Below, in pieces: positions 1-9,416 of a stretch of DNA of 64,000 nt. A program made the translations under genes and the position numbers. The notes beneath the pieces were generated by a model that was not told where the DNA came from, searched no databases, and worked only from the letters and a program-made list of their open reading frames with translations. The stretch spans positions 117,755 to 181,754 of the forward strand of contig JBAZKA010000003.1 in NCBI GenBank assembly GCA_041651015.1, given 5' to 3'. How positions within the stretch are numbered: the stretch's first letter is position 1; every line of letters begins with the position of its first letter. The DNA comes from Patescibacteria group bacterium. Its GTDB lineage: Bacteria; Patescibacteriota; Patescibacteriia; Magasanikbacterales; GWA2-37-8.

Positions 1-16
1 TGACGGATAAGGTCAT
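1..16 (-). CDS. Possible 5' end of a CDS running off the window start. By rpmG / tRNA-Trp / secE synteny it could be secE.
   Basis: ATG at 16..14 on the minus strand opens a frame reading MTLSV... A TATAAT-like box lies ~45 nt upstream on the minus strand. Only 5 codons are visible. Confidence 0.2.
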
Positions 17-136
17 ACTTGAATAATACAACTATTCGGCCTTATTTATTTCATCCGGCTCTATTACATTATATTATACCGCAAGATACAGAGTGGAGCC
101 AGACAAAAAAATAACCCCTAAAGGGATTATTTTTCG

Positions 137-207
137 CAGGGGGTGTAAGAATCGAACTCACGCTAATGGTTTTGGAGACCATAGTACTACCACTATACGA
201 ACCCCCC
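137..207 (-). tRNA. tRNA-Trp (anticodon CCA)
   Basis: Manual cloverleaf from the reverse complement. Acceptor GGGGGGT/ACCCCCT with G1-U72. D-stem GTAT/GTAC. Anticodon stem ATGGT/ACCAT with loop CTCCAAA. T-arm GTGAG-TTCGATT-CTTAC. Discriminator G, no encoded CCA. Confidence 0.75.
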
Positions 208-211
208 GTTT

Positions 212-238
212 GCAAAAGGCGGAAAAATTCCGCCTTTT
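212..238 (-). terminator. Rho-independent terminator downstream of rpmG
   Basis: Hairpin GGCGGAA-aaa-TTCCGCC followed by a T-run on the minus strand. Confidence 0.6.
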
Positions 239-242
239 GGGT

Positions 243-407
243 TTATTTTGTTTCTTTGTGCGTCACATGCTTACGGCAGTGACGGCAATATTTTTTCAAT
301 TCCAACCTATTTTTCAAGAGTTTTTTATTTTTTCGGCTGAAATAATTGGTGCGTTTGCACTCAGTACATTCCAGCTTAATCATATTTTCTCTTTCTTTGG
401 ATGCCAT
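243..407 (-). CDS. rpmG: 50S ribosomal protein L33
   Basis: Hand translation of the minus strand gives [54 protein letters not shown], 54 aa, with the L33 zinc-ribbon Cys pairs. It is absent from the ORF track because it is under 60 aa. It replaces the spurious plus-strand ORF 93-464. Confidence 0.85.
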   Translation of the reverse strand: MASKERENMIKLECTECKRTNYFSRKNKKLLKNRLELKKYCRHCRKHVTHKETK

Positions 408-467
408 ATGTTTATTTTTCAAATTATTATTTGTACGAACGGCTACAACTCGTTCGTATGTTGACCC

Positions 468-552
468 TGGTGGGCAGGCTAGGATTCGAACCTAGGAAGG
501 CGGAGCCAGCAGATTTACAGTCTGCCCCAGTTGGCCACTTTGGTACCTGCCC
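468..552 (-). tRNA. tRNA-Tyr (anticodon GTA), long variable arm, encoded CCA
   Basis: Reverse complement GGGCAGGTACCAAAGTGGCCAACTGGGGCAGACTGTAAATCTGC...TTCGAATCC...CTGCCCACCA. Anticodon loop CTGTAAA. Confidence 0.85.
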
Positions 553-567
553 AACGAAAATTTTCCG

Positions 568-640
568 AGCCACCTGTCGGGCTCGGACCGACGACCTACG
601 GTTTACAAAACCGTTGCTCTACCAGCTGAGCTAAGGTGGC
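568..640 (-). tRNA. tRNA-Thr (anticodon TGT)
   Basis: Reverse complement GCCACCTTAGCTCAGCTGGTAGAGCAACGGTTTTGTAAACCGTAGGTCGTCGGTTCGAGCCCGACAGGTGGCT. Anticodon loop TTTGTAA. Confidence 0.8.
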
Positions 641-667
641 GAATTGGTAGTTTGATTTGTAAACCCG

Positions 668-740
668 AGCCGTTGCGCGGATTTGAACCGCGGACCTACT
701 CCTTACCATGGAGTTGCTCTACCAACTGAGCTACAACGGC
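668..740 (-). tRNA. tRNA-Thr (anticodon GGT)
   Basis: Reverse complement GCCGTTGTAGCTCAGTTGGTAGAGCAACTCCATGGTAAGGAGTAGGTCCGCGGTTCAAATCCGCGCAACGGCT. Anticodon loop ATGGTAA. Confidence 0.8.
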
Positions 741-814
741 ATACATTATTTTATCGTGCAGTCCCGACCAAACGTCGGGGCGGCAACTTTTATGTGCACA
801 TTTTAGCACATAAA

Positions 815-1714
815 TTATATTTTATCAATCCTGACACGGAACTCGGACAATTTCTGATTTTCCGGATTGGCTAGACGCAATTCTTCAAAGGCCTTTTCCG
901 CGACCGCGCGATCGCCACATAGTATAGCATTTTCCGCTAATAAGTCAAGGTACTTGGGATTTCGCGGTTCCAGCTCCACTGCCTGCTGTATCGCCTCCAA
1001 AGCCAGCTCCGGATGACCGACTTTAATATACAATTCAGCTAAACGATTAAATCGCGGGGATAGAGAATCGTTGATAGTGGTCGCTCGTTCCAAATAATTT
1101 ATCGCTTCATTTATTTTATCTTTTTGCTCGGCCAATTCAGACAGTTTTACCAACAACGCGTCATCACCCGGGGTAAGCCTGGCCAGAAAATCATAGGTCT
1201 GTGCCGCCTCGTCAATCACACCCTTGGCAAAATAAGCGTCAGCCAAACCACGATACGCGGCCGCGGATTTTTTATCAATTTTAATCGCGGCAATATAATA
1301 TTCTTCGGCCTTATCATAATTACCCTCAGCCGCCTGCGCGCCGGCCTGAGCCAGAAACATTCCGATTTCCTTGTTCCTTTCGTCAAAGCTGATTTGTTTG
1401 GCCCTTTGGCGCGCCTTGACCAACTCTTCATAATGCAAAAGTTTTTCTATTCTCCCGACATAATGGCGAAATCTGTCTTGCACAAACTCCCAAACTTTTT
1501 TTATCGGGGATAATTTATTTTGAAATTTGGCATGCGCTTCTCGGCCTTTATCCAAGAGGTGGCGGTCAATCAGTTCACGTTTTTTTCTTTGTTCTTGTTC
1601 TTCGGTTAAATTTTCCAAATCCAAATTAGCCACCACGGGAAATTTACGGGCGATAACCGCGCCGATAACAAGAACCGCCGCGACGATGATTGAAATAAAA
1701 ATTATTCCGGGCAT
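815..1714 (-). CDS. TPR-repeat protein with N-terminal TM anchor
   Basis: Translation shows repeated A..Y..G/A..Y..G..eA TPR-like 34-mers (AYRGLADAYFAKGVIDEAA, AEEYYIAAIKIDKKSAAAY) and a hydrophobic N-terminus. Confidence 0.65.
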   Translation of the reverse strand: MPGIIFISIIVAAVLVIGAVIARKFPVVANLDLENLTEEQEQRKKRELIDRHLLDKGREAHAKFQNKLSPIKKVWEFVQDRFRHYVGRIEKLLHYEELVKARQRAKQISFDERNKEIGMFLAQAGAQAAEGNYDKAEEYYIAAIKIDKKSAAAYRGLADAYFAKGVIDEAAQTYDFLARLTPGDDALLVKLSELAEQKDKINEAINYLERATTINDSLSPRFNRLAELYIKVGHPELALEAIQQAVELEPRNPKYLDLLAENAILCGDRAVAEKAFEELRLANPENQKLSEFRVRIDKI

Positions 1715-1716
1715 AT

Positions 1717-2493
1717 TTAGTCGTTCAAAAGTTTTACGGCTTGATCAAATATTTCTTTAAATGTTTCAATTTTGGCCGAAGCATTGCCAATCAGCACGCC
1801 ATCGGTGTTGTCCAAAGACAGATACTCAACCGCGTTATCAGCGCGAACGCTGCCGCCATATAAAATTTTACAATTTAACTTTGGCAATAATTTCGCGACA
1901 ATATTTTTAATCATCGTATGCACGCGCTCGGCTTCTTCGGCGTCACAAGCGTCGCCCGTGCCAATAGCCCAAACCGGTTCATAAGCAATAAATATATTCG
2001 CTTTATCGGTGATAGTTAAATTTTGGAACACGGCGCGTAATTGAACTTCCACTACCTCATCGGTTTTACCGGCTTTTCTTTCTTCGGCTGTCTCGCCAAC
2101 GCACACCACCGGGGTTAAACCTAAATTCAAAACCGCTTCCATTTTTTGGCGCACATCGTGATTACTTTCACCAAAAACATGCCGGCGCTCCGAATGGCCG
2201 ACCAACGCGTACTCGCAACCCGCGTCTTTATACATTTGCGCGGAAACTTCTCCGGTATAACCGCCTTTGTCCGCCCAAAATACATTTTGCGCGCCAACAC
2301 CAATACCGACGTCGCGCAAAACTTGGCCGGCTGGATAAAGCGCCAGAGCGCTCGGAAAAACCGCGATATCTATTTCATCCGGACGTTTTTTTAGACTGCT
2401 TGCGAAAGCATGAGCCAAAATATTGCTCTCGTCATAGTCCAAATACATTTTCCAGTTGGCAAACAAATGAATTGTCTTCGCGGTTTGTTTCAT
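1717..2493 (-). CDS. tpiA: Triosephosphate isomerase
   Basis: AYEPVWAIGTG active-site motif, GHSERR motif, 258 aa. Confidence 0.9.
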   Translation of the reverse strand: MKQTAKTIHLFANWKMYLDYDESNILAHAFASSLKKRPDEIDIAVFPSALALYPAGQVLRDVGIGVGAQNVFWADKGGYTGEVSAQMYKDAGCEYALVGHSERRHVFGESNHDVRQKMEAVLNLGLTPVVCVGETAEERKAGKTDEVVEVQLRAVFQNLTITDKANIFIAYEPVWAIGTGDACDAEEAERVHTMIKNIVAKLLPKLNCKILYGGSVRADNAVEYLSLDNTDGVLIGNASAKIETFKEIFDQAVKLLND

Positions 2494-2494
2494 A

Positions 2495-3772
2495 TTATTT
2501 TAGTATGCTTATCACCGATGATTTTTTTAACGGACTGATTACGGAAGCGCGGCGCTCGCTCGGCTTAAAAATTTCAGCCGCAATTTTTTTCACATCGCTA
2601 ATTTTTACTTTCTGTAAATTTTTTATTTCCTCGTTCCAATCAATCAGATTTTTCTCAAACCAAAATTTGCCCGCGTACCAATTAGCTTGCGCGCTGGAAT
2701 CTTCCATGGCGAGAGCCAGGTGTCCGGCGATATTATTTTTTGCATCAATCAATTCTTTTTCCGTAACCGACTCACTCGCCATCCGTTCACATTCTTTGCT
2801 AATAACCAATACCGCTTCTCGCAACCGTTTCGGATCCAAACCTGCCGTGACGCATACGGCCCCCGTATCGCGATAAACCGCCGCTTCGGCGCGCACGCTA
2901 TAAGCCAATCCTCTTTTCTCGCGCACTTCGGTGAATAAACGCGAACTCATTCCCCCGCCCAAAATATTAAGCATCACGGACAAGGCGTATCGGCGCGGGT
3001 CGCCCATCTTTAATCCGGGATAACCGATGATGACTTGTGATTGGTCCAGCTTGCGTTTTTCCGCGTCAATCCGTTTTGTCTTTGACGCGTATTTTTGATG
3101 ATTAAATTTGATAAATTTTTCCTTGGTGATTTTTGACGGACGCTTTGGCGCTCGACCAAAATATTTCTTGATCAAACGGTTCGTATTTGCGTCAACTTTA
3201 CCGGCCGCGACTACCACCATATTGCCGGGCGCGTACGCGTCTTTATAATAATTAAACAAATCGGCTCGGCTCATCGCCTTGATGCCTTTAACCGAACCGG
3301 CGATATCCCAACCCAGTGGATGATTGCCGTACATCACACGATCAAACATCAACTCCACCGCGGCGCGGGGATTGTCATCATACATCCTTATTTCCTCAAT
3401 AATGACGCCTTTCTCACGTTTAATATCATCGGCATCAAATTTTGAATTAAAAATCATGTCCGATAAAATATCCACGGCTTTTTCCTGATGTTTGGCGTCA
3501 ATTTTAATCCAATAACCGGTGCGATCTTTATCCGTGAAGGCATTGAATTGCGCGCCGGCCGCATCCAGTTCGCGAGAAATATCCAATGAGGTTGGACGTT
3601 TGGTTGTGCCTTTAAACATCAAATGCTCCACGAAATGCGAGACACCACTAATTTTTTTATTCTCATAGCGCGAGCCAATTGGCACCAAGCACAAAAAAGT
3701 GACGGCGTGGGTACCGCTAACCGGCGCCTCAATTACGGTGAGGCCGTTTTTTAATTTTTTTATTTTATGCAT
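2495..3772 (-). CDS. M16-family zinc peptidase (insulinase-like)
   Basis: Inverted zinc motif HFVEHLMFKGT (HxxEH) near the N-terminus, 425 aa. Confidence 0.8.
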   Translation of the reverse strand: MHKIKKLKNGLTVIEAPVSGTHAVTFLCLVPIGSRYENKKISGVSHFVEHLMFKGTTKRPTSLDISRELDAAGAQFNAFTDKDRTGYWIKIDAKHQEKAVDILSDMIFNSKFDADDIKREKGVIIEEIRMYDDNPRAAVELMFDRVMYGNHPLGWDIAGSVKGIKAMSRADLFNYYKDAYAPGNMVVVAAGKVDANTNRLIKKYFGRAPKRPSKITKEKFIKFNHQKYASKTKRIDAEKRKLDQSQVIIGYPGLKMGDPRRYALSVMLNILGGGMSSRLFTEVREKRGLAYSVRAEAAVYRDTGAVCVTAGLDPKRLREAVLVISKECERMASESVTEKELIDAKNNIAGHLALAMEDSSAQANWYAGKFWFEKNLIDWNEEIKNLQKVKISDVKKIAAEIFKPSERRASVISPLKKSSVISILK

Positions 3773-3779
3773 AAATTTT

Positions 3780-4055
3780 TTACGCCTTTGGTCCCGTTAA
3801 ATCTGTCAAACGATTTTCAATATCAACAATAACCTTTGCAAGCCTGGCAACGTCTTCTTCGCGATAATCATCCGGATTTTGTTTTGCGTGTTCCAGCGCC
3901 GTTTTGTTTCTTTTCAACGCATCACGCAACTGATCCGGCGTATAATTATCTAATGGATTCGCTCCGGTTTCCAATTCATCAGTCAGACCCCCGCTCGCTT
4001 CTCCACCCGGATTTCTAAACTGATTACCAACATCCACACGTTGTTCTCTATTCAT
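3780..4055 (-). CDS. Hypothetical small protein
   Basis: 91-aa ORF in operon-like spacing between glyQS and the M16 peptidase. No recognisable motif. Confidence 0.35.
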   Translation of the reverse strand: MNREQRVDVGNQFRNPGGEASGGLTDELETGANPLDNYTPDQLRDALKRNKTALEHAKQNPDDYREEDVARLAKVIVDIENRLTDLTGPKA

Positions 4056-4062
4056 ATATATT

Positions 4063-5454
4063 TTAATTAATAAATTTACCCTCTAAATAATTTTTTAATT
4101 CTGCGATGGCCACGCGTTCTTGCGCCATTGTGTCGCGGTCGCGCACAGTCACCTTTTTGTCTTCAATGGACTCAAAATCCACGGTCACGCAATACGGTGT
4201 GCCGATTTCATCTTGCCGGCGATAGCGCTTGCCAATGCTTTGCGTCTCATCATAATCAACCACAAAATGTTTTCTGAGTTCCGCGGCCAATGGTTTGGAC
4301 ACTTGAGATAATTCATCTTTCTTGGACAACGGCAGTACCGCCACCTGATACGGCGCGAGGTACTTCGGAAATTTCATCACGATTCTTTTTTCCGTCTCCC
4401 CTTCTTCAGATGTCGGAGCCTCCTCCTCGTGATACGCTTCCAGCAAAGCGACGAGCAACATGCGTTCAATGCCAAAAGTCGGTTCAATCACATGCGGAAT
4501 AAATTTTTCATTGGTCTCAGGGTCGGTATAATGCAAATCCGCGCCGCTGACTTTTTCATGGCGAGACAAATCAAAATCCGTGCGATAGGCAATGCCGTGC
4601 AATTCTTTGATACCAAACGGATATTTGTATTCAATGTCCATCGTGCGCTTGCTGTAATGCGCCCGCTCCCCGTCCGGAATCTCATGCCAAACCAAATTAT
4701 CCACATTCACTTTCATCACATCCTGCCACCAGCGTTTGATTTCAGTGAGCCACATTTCAAAAATTTTCTCCCATTCGCCAGCTGGCGAATGGGGGTTGAT
4801 AAAATATTCCAGCTCGCCGATTTCAAATTCACGCGTGCGGAAAATAAAATTTCCCGGCGTGATTTCATTGCGGAAACATTTGCCGATTTGAGCAATGCCA
4901 AACGGCAATTTACGGCGCGTGGTTTGCTGAACATTTTTAAAATTCACGAACATGCCACCGGCGGTTTCGGGGCGCAGATAGGCCTCGGTGGTATTATCTT
5001 CGTTCGTGCCGATAAACGTCTTGAACATCAAATTAAAACTTTTCGGGTCGGTTAATTTTCCCTCGCAATCCGGGCACACCACGCTATTATCCATGACGAT
5101 TTGGTCTTTGTCATACTTGGGCGTAATGCCTTTGGCTTCCAATAAATGGTCAATGCGGAAACGATGATGGCATTCTTTGCATTCCACTAATTGGTCGCTG
5201 AAATTTTCCAAGTGCCCTGAAGCGACCCAAACTTTCGGATTCATGATAATGGCCGCGTCAATGCCGACCATGTCCTCGCGTTCTTGGACAAAAAATTTCC
5301 ACCAGGCCTTTTTGATGTTTTGCTTGAGCAAATGTCCCAACGGACCAAAGTCCCAGCTATTGGCCAAACCGCCGTAAATTTCCGAACCCGGAAAAACAAA
5401 ACCCCGACGCTTGCACAGTGAAATAATTTCCTCCATTTTATCATTGCTTGGCAT
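4063..5454 (-). CDS. glyQS: Glycyl-tRNA synthetase, alpha2 archaeal/eukaryal-type (class II)
   Basis: EIISLCKRRGFVFPGSEIYGGLANSWDFGPLG N-terminal signature of alpha2 GlyRS. C-terminal anticodon-binding domain present. The start is ambiguous (5436, 5454 or 5505). The later starts avoid overlap with frr. Confidence 0.85.
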   Translation of the reverse strand: MPSNDKMEEIISLCKRRGFVFPGSEIYGGLANSWDFGPLGHLLKQNIKKAWWKFFVQEREDMVGIDAAIIMNPKVWVASGHLENFSDQLVECKECHHRFRIDHLLEAKGITPKYDKDQIVMDNSVVCPDCEGKLTDPKSFNLMFKTFIGTNEDNTTEAYLRPETAGGMFVNFKNVQQTTRRKLPFGIAQIGKCFRNEITPGNFIFRTREFEIGELEYFINPHSPAGEWEKIFEMWLTEIKRWWQDVMKVNVDNLVWHEIPDGERAHYSKRTMDIEYKYPFGIKELHGIAYRTDFDLSRHEKVSGADLHYTDPETNEKFIPHVIEPTFGIERMLLVALLEAYHEEEAPTSEEGETEKRIVMKFPKYLAPYQVAVLPLSKKDELSQVSKPLAAELRKHFVVDYDETQSIGKRYRRQDEIGTPYCVTVDFESIEDKKVTVRDRDTMAQERVAIAELKNYLEGKFIN

Positions 5455-5470
5455 AAATAATTTGAAAATA

Positions 5471-6019
5471 TTAAACTGTGTTGATCTCGCTTTCTTTTTT
5501 CTCACCGATTGTTTTTATCTGTTCATTATAATCCTTGACCATTTTATCCAAATCCTCCTGCATGCGAAATTTTTCGTCCTCGCCAACACTCCCCGCTTCT
5601 TCGGCTTCGGCAATTTTATCGCGCACTTCCTCGCGCACTTGGCGCACGGAAATACGGGCGTTTTCCAATTTGGTGTGCAAAACTTTGACCAGCTCGGCCC
5701 GGCGTTCCACCGTGAGTTCCGGCAAACACAAACGGATTATACGACCGTCATTGACCGGATTCAATCCGAGATTTGATTCACGAATGCCTTTTTCCACGGC
5801 CTGGAGCAAAGATTTGTCCCACGGTTCAATCACCAAAGTTTTGGCATCAGACACAGAAATTGAAGCCACGGCTTTGAGCGGTTGGCGCGAACCATAGGCT
5901 TCCACACTGACATCCTCCACCATAATCGTGCTGGCTCGGCCCGTGCGGAGCCCGGCGATGTCCTGCTTCATGAAATCCAAAACCTTGTTAAATTCTTCTT
6001 TGTGTTCGTTTATGTTCAT
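5471..6019 (-). CDS. frr: Ribosome recycling factor
   Basis: 182 aa. The N-terminus MKQDIAGLRTGRAS and the coiled-coil arm are typical of RRF. Confidence 0.9.
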   Translation of the reverse strand: MNINEHKEEFNKVLDFMKQDIAGLRTGRASTIMVEDVSVEAYGSRQPLKAVASISVSDAKTLVIEPWDKSLLQAVEKGIRESNLGLNPVNDGRIIRLCLPELTVERRAELVKVLHTKLENARISVRQVREEVRDKIAEAEEAGSVGEDEKFRMQEDLDKMVKDYNEQIKTIGEKKESEINTV

Positions 6020-6065
6020 ATTAACATTGATTTAGACAGATTGAGATTGATTAGAACTGACGCGA

Positions 6066-7148
6066 CTAATTCAACACCGTAAAGCCCATCAAAAATGTGC
6101 CGGTGTTTTTGGTATGGATTTTTAATGCAACCGGAACAGTGTTGGTCGGTAATTTTTTCGTCACCCAAGTCGTCCCGCCATCCGTGCTTTTGTAAAAAGT
6201 GGAACGGACATGAACATTCTTGTCGCCCAGAATCGTGCCGGTATAAAATATTTCATTTTGATTGCTTGGATTGGTGGCAAACGCGTAAATTGTCACCGAG
6301 CCCGGCGGAGTGAGTAATTTTAATTCACGCCAAGTGGCGCCGGCGTCGTCCGATCGCATCACGCCGTATTTGCTAATCCAAAATAAACTATTGTCTTGAG
6401 ACGGATTAACATACATCCGATAAAAAGTCATACTGTCGGTAAAGTCTTTCATGCCGGCGCGCAAGTCAGTCCAATTCATGCCATTGTCATCCGAGCGGTA
6501 CAAACCTTTTTTCTGGCTGGCCACATAAACTCGTCCGGCGTGTTTTTTGTCCACGGCTAAATCTTGCAGAGCGAGGTCAAAACGTTTCATCACGGTCCAA
6601 CTGTGTCCGGCATCACGGCTGGCCATCACATCACCGCCGGATTCCGCGCACCAAATAGAATTGTCCGCCGGGTCAATATCCAAAGCGCGGATTTGCTGGT
6701 CGGTGCGTCCTTCGGTAAAGACAGTAGCCCAAGTGCGGGAACAATCCTCGGTCTTAAAAATGTTTGTGCCATCGCTCGCGTAAACCGTGCATTTGTCGGT
6801 CGGGTCAACCGCGAGCGCGTAAATAAATTTACCATTCATGGACGGCACAAATTGCCAGGTGTCGCCGTTGTTATAAGTATAAAATAATCCCTGACTGCGC
6901 GTGCCCAGATAAAACGCGTTCGGGTCGCTCGGGTCTTCAAAAATTTTATAAACTTTGACTTCGGCAATACTCTGCACGCCCTTGGACGTGGGATAACTCG
7001 CGATTTGCGACCAAGTCTCGCCCTGATCGGCCGTGCGATACATGCCCATCGGCCCGGACTCGGTACTGCTCTTGAAAGAAATACAACTCGCGCCCGTGAA
7101 AACGAGCGAAGCGACAGCGAGCAGAGATAAAATTTTTTCCTTTGTCAT
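6066..7148 (-). CDS. Secreted/lipoprotein BNR (Asp-box) repeat protein, sialidase/Ycf48-like beta-propeller
   Basis: Signal peptide with a lipobox-like TGASC. Multiple S-x-D-x-G-x-T-W Asp-boxes: DQGETW, DAGHSW, DNGMNW, DAGATW, DGGTTW. Confidence 0.6.
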   Translation of the reverse strand: MTKEKILSLLAVASLVFTGASCISFKSSTESGPMGMYRTADQGETWSQIASYPTSKGVQSIAEVKVYKIFEDPSDPNAFYLGTRSQGLFYTYNNGDTWQFVPSMNGKFIYALAVDPTDKCTVYASDGTNIFKTEDCSRTWATVFTEGRTDQQIRALDIDPADNSIWCAESGGDVMASRDAGHSWTVMKRFDLALQDLAVDKKHAGRVYVASQKKGLYRSDDNGMNWTDLRAGMKDFTDSMTFYRMYVNPSQDNSLFWISKYGVMRSDDAGATWRELKLLTPPGSVTIYAFATNPSNQNEIFYTGTILGDKNVHVRSTFYKSTDGGTTWVTKKLPTNTVPVALKIHTKNTGTFLMGFTVLN

Positions 7149-7208
7149 ATTTTTATAATATTTATATATTTGTATAATTCGTATGCATTAGTATATTAGC
7201 ATCGCACT

Positions 7209-8120
7209 TCAAATTTTTAAAAGTATTCTTTCAATTAATAAACGCGGATGGATATTGCGCCCCAGCAAATCCCGCGCTTCGGACAAGGCGTCAATTATTT
7301 CGGCCGCGTCTGCCGGCCGATAAGTTTTGCCAAACAATGAATCACCGCGCAAAGCTTCGCGCCAAATCATAGTCCAAATTTCCAAAGTTCTTTTCAGGCG
7401 GTCGCGTCCGCGGACAGCGTCTTCTTTGTCGCCAAATAATTCTTCAGTGTCTTTTAATTTTTGATGAAACGGCGCGCCCATCATTTTTTGCATACGCGCG
7501 GATTCAATCCGGCATTCATCCATGGCTTCGGGCTCGGTGGAAAAAATTATCGCTCGCCCGGGCCGGCCCCAGGATAATTTGGCCGCTTCACGCGCAAGAG
7601 CCGCCTCGCGTCCCATTTGCCGTAACCCTTCCGCGATTTCATCATCCGCCACCAAAGAAAAATTTATTATCTGACAGCGCGAACGCACGGTCGCGGGTAA
7701 AAGTGTTTCGTCGGTCGTGAGGAGAATTATCAGATTGTTATCAATGGATTCTTCCAAAGTTTTCAAAAGGGCGTTGGCCGCTTCATCGTTCACGGCCTCG
7801 GCTTCATCAATCAAAACCGCTTTGGTCCCGCCAAACCAGGACTTGTTGGCCAAAAAACTTCCCACGGTTTTCGCTTGCGCGATGCTGATGTCTTTTTTTA
7901 AACGATTTTTTTTCTCATCCACTTCGCGTTCCAGATAAAAAAAATCCGGGTGCGCGGCGAGCTTGGCTTCCTCCACGCCAAAGGCCCGCGCGATAAGATA
8001 AGCCGCCACCGCCCGCTTGCCCACTTGGTCCGGCCCGACAAAACACAAGGCGTGAGCCAGGGTCTTTTTGTCCATTGATTCGGACAAAAAATTGACTGTT
8101 TGACGGTGGCCGATGAGCAT
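7209..8120 (-). CDS. holB: DNA polymerase III delta-prime subunit (AAA+ clamp-loader)
   Basis: HALCFVGPDQVGK P-loop-like motif, SRC motif (TVRSRCQ), 303 aa. Confidence 0.75.
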   Translation of the reverse strand: MLIGHRQTVNFLSESMDKKTLAHALCFVGPDQVGKRAVAAYLIARAFGVEEAKLAAHPDFFYLEREVDEKKNRLKKDISIAQAKTVGSFLANKSWFGGTKAVLIDEAEAVNDEAANALLKTLEESIDNNLIILLTTDETLLPATVRSRCQIINFSLVADDEIAEGLRQMGREAALAREAAKLSWGRPGRAIIFSTEPEAMDECRIESARMQKMMGAPFHQKLKDTEELFGDKEDAVRGRDRLKRTLEIWTMIWREALRGDSLFGKTYRPADAAEIIDALSEARDLLGRNIHPRLLIERILLKI

Positions 8121-8176
8121 ACGATAACAAATAATACGCGTTATTAACGCGTATTTATACTACCCTATTTTGTTGT

Positions 8177-9328
8177 TTATCGCAAGGCCTGCCATGTTAA
8201 TTCCGCGGTTTTTTGCCAGGAAAATTTTTGCGCTTGGACCAAGCCATTTTCAGTCATTTGATTCTTGAAATTTTGATCGGTCAAAATTTTTATGATTGCT
8301 CCGGCAATCTCGCCGATATCATCCGGCGAGACATAAATCGCCGCTTCCCCGCCGACTTGGGGCAAACTATTCCCGCGCGAGGCGATAACCGGACAGCCCG
8401 AGGCCATGGCTTCCAAAACCGGAATCCCAAAACCCTCATAACGAGACGGAAAAATAAAAACCTCGGCCGAGCGCATCAGAGCGGCGATATCTTCTGTCTC
8501 AACCCAACCCGTGAGAATAATATCTTTGTTATACGGACTTTGCAGTATTGCTTGTTCCACCTCGGCATAACCCACGCCCGGCGTCCCCGCCAAAACCAAT
8601 TGACAATCGCATTCGCGCCTCACAATATCAAACGCCCGAACAATGTTGGCGGTATTTTTTTTATTTTCCAAACGTCCGACCGATAAAATATATTTTTTGG
8701 CGATTGGTCGCGTGTCATTCCGAGCGATCCGCCAACTGGCGGAGAGCCGAGGAATCCCTTGTCGCGCGTTATCAAATGCCGGATAATACGTATCTTTATC
8801 ATAGCCGAGCGGTGTGACAAAAATTTTGTTTTTATCCGCGCCATAATATTTTACCAATTCATTTTTGCTGAATTCGGACGGCGTGATAATGGCCCGCGCT
8901 TTTTTTACGATTAATTTATTCATCCATTTCAAATACGTCCGGCTCGCCAGTCCATACAATTTCGGATAAACGACAAACGCGCTATCATGGACAGTCACCA
9001 CGGTTTTTTCGGGACAGGCCATTGGCACCAGTTGCGCCGGCGCGAAAAATATATCAGGCGGATGGCGAAAAAATTCCCACGACAAACGCGTCTGAGTCCA
9101 GCCTTTGCGCAAACGCCTCGGCATTTTTTGCGGCCAGGCCAGAACGCGCGATTGCCAATTGGCGGGCAAATCCGCCAGCCCGGGCAAAAGCGGAGTTTGG
9201 CTGTACAAAATTACTTGGACATCCGAAGGAACCACTTTTTTCAAGTGTTGGATAATTTGCCAAGAGTACTCCTCCACTCCGGTGCGTTTAGCTTTGTTGG
9301 CGTGTGAGGCTTCAATGGCGAGGGTCAT
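8177..9328 (-). CDS. Glycosyltransferase family 1 (GT4-like), carrying an in-frame repeat insert in the inter-domain linker
   Basis: EGFGIPVLEAMASGCPVIAS E-x7-E GT1 signature. The segment QGIPRLSASWRIARNDT is encoded by repeat copy 8703-8758. Confidence 0.8.
   Translation of the reverse strand: MTLAIEASHANKAKRTGVEEYSWQIIQHLKKVVPSDVQVILYSQTPLLPGLADLPANWQSRVLAWPQKMPRRLRKGWTQTRLSWEFFRHPPDIFFAPAQLVPMACPEKTVVTVHDSAFVVYPKLYGLASRTYLKWMNKLIVKKARAIITPSEFSKNELVKYYGADKNKIFVTPLGYDKDTYYPAFDNARQGIPRLSASWRIARNDTRPIAKKYILSVGRLENKKNTANIVRAFDIVRRECDCQLVLAGTPGVGYAEVEQAILQSPYNKDIILTGWVETEDIAALMRSAEVFIFPSRYEGFGIPVLEAMASGCPVIASRGNSLPQVGGEAAIYVSPDDIGEIAGAIIKILTDQNFKNQMTENGLVQAQKFSWQKTAELTWQALR
8703..8758 (+). repeat. 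GTCATTCCGA...GAGGAATCCCTTGTCGCG dispersed repeat (family A, copy 1), in frame inside the GT1 CDS
   Basis: Shares its termini with copies at 12741-12783, 23799-23845 and 33075-33130. Inverted ATTCC/GGAAT ends. Variable GC-rich core. Confidence 0.7.
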
Positions 9329-9339
9329 AAATATATTTT

Positions 9340-9412
9340 GTCATTCCCACGAAGGCGGGAATCCAGTGGTGTGTCATTGCGAGGAACTCCCGCGGGGAGC
9401 GACGTGGCAATC
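9340..9412 (+). repeat. GTCATTCCCACGAAGGCGGGAATCC + GTCATTGCGAGG...GACGTGGCAATC palindromic repeat pair (family B)
   Basis: Intergenic between the GT1 start and the sppA end. Each unit has a perfect short inverted repeat (ATTCCC/GGGAAT). A related unit is seen at 33747-33774. Confidence 0.6.
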
Positions 9413-9416
9413 TTTT

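Noticed and set aside
93-464. Plus-strand ORF of 123 aa in the tRNA cluster
   Set aside because: Low-complexity translation and no RBS. The same interval on the minus strand encodes a textbook rpmG (L33) flanked by tRNA-Trp and a terminator.
4429-5055. Plus-strand 208-aa ORF, and other 60-150-aa ORFs antisense to glyQS, the HerA-like gene, dnaX, secA, the acetyl-CoA synthetase gene (45026-47077), porA and hydA
   Set aside because: All lie inside longer CDSs with clear homology on the opposite strand, so they are treated as spurious.
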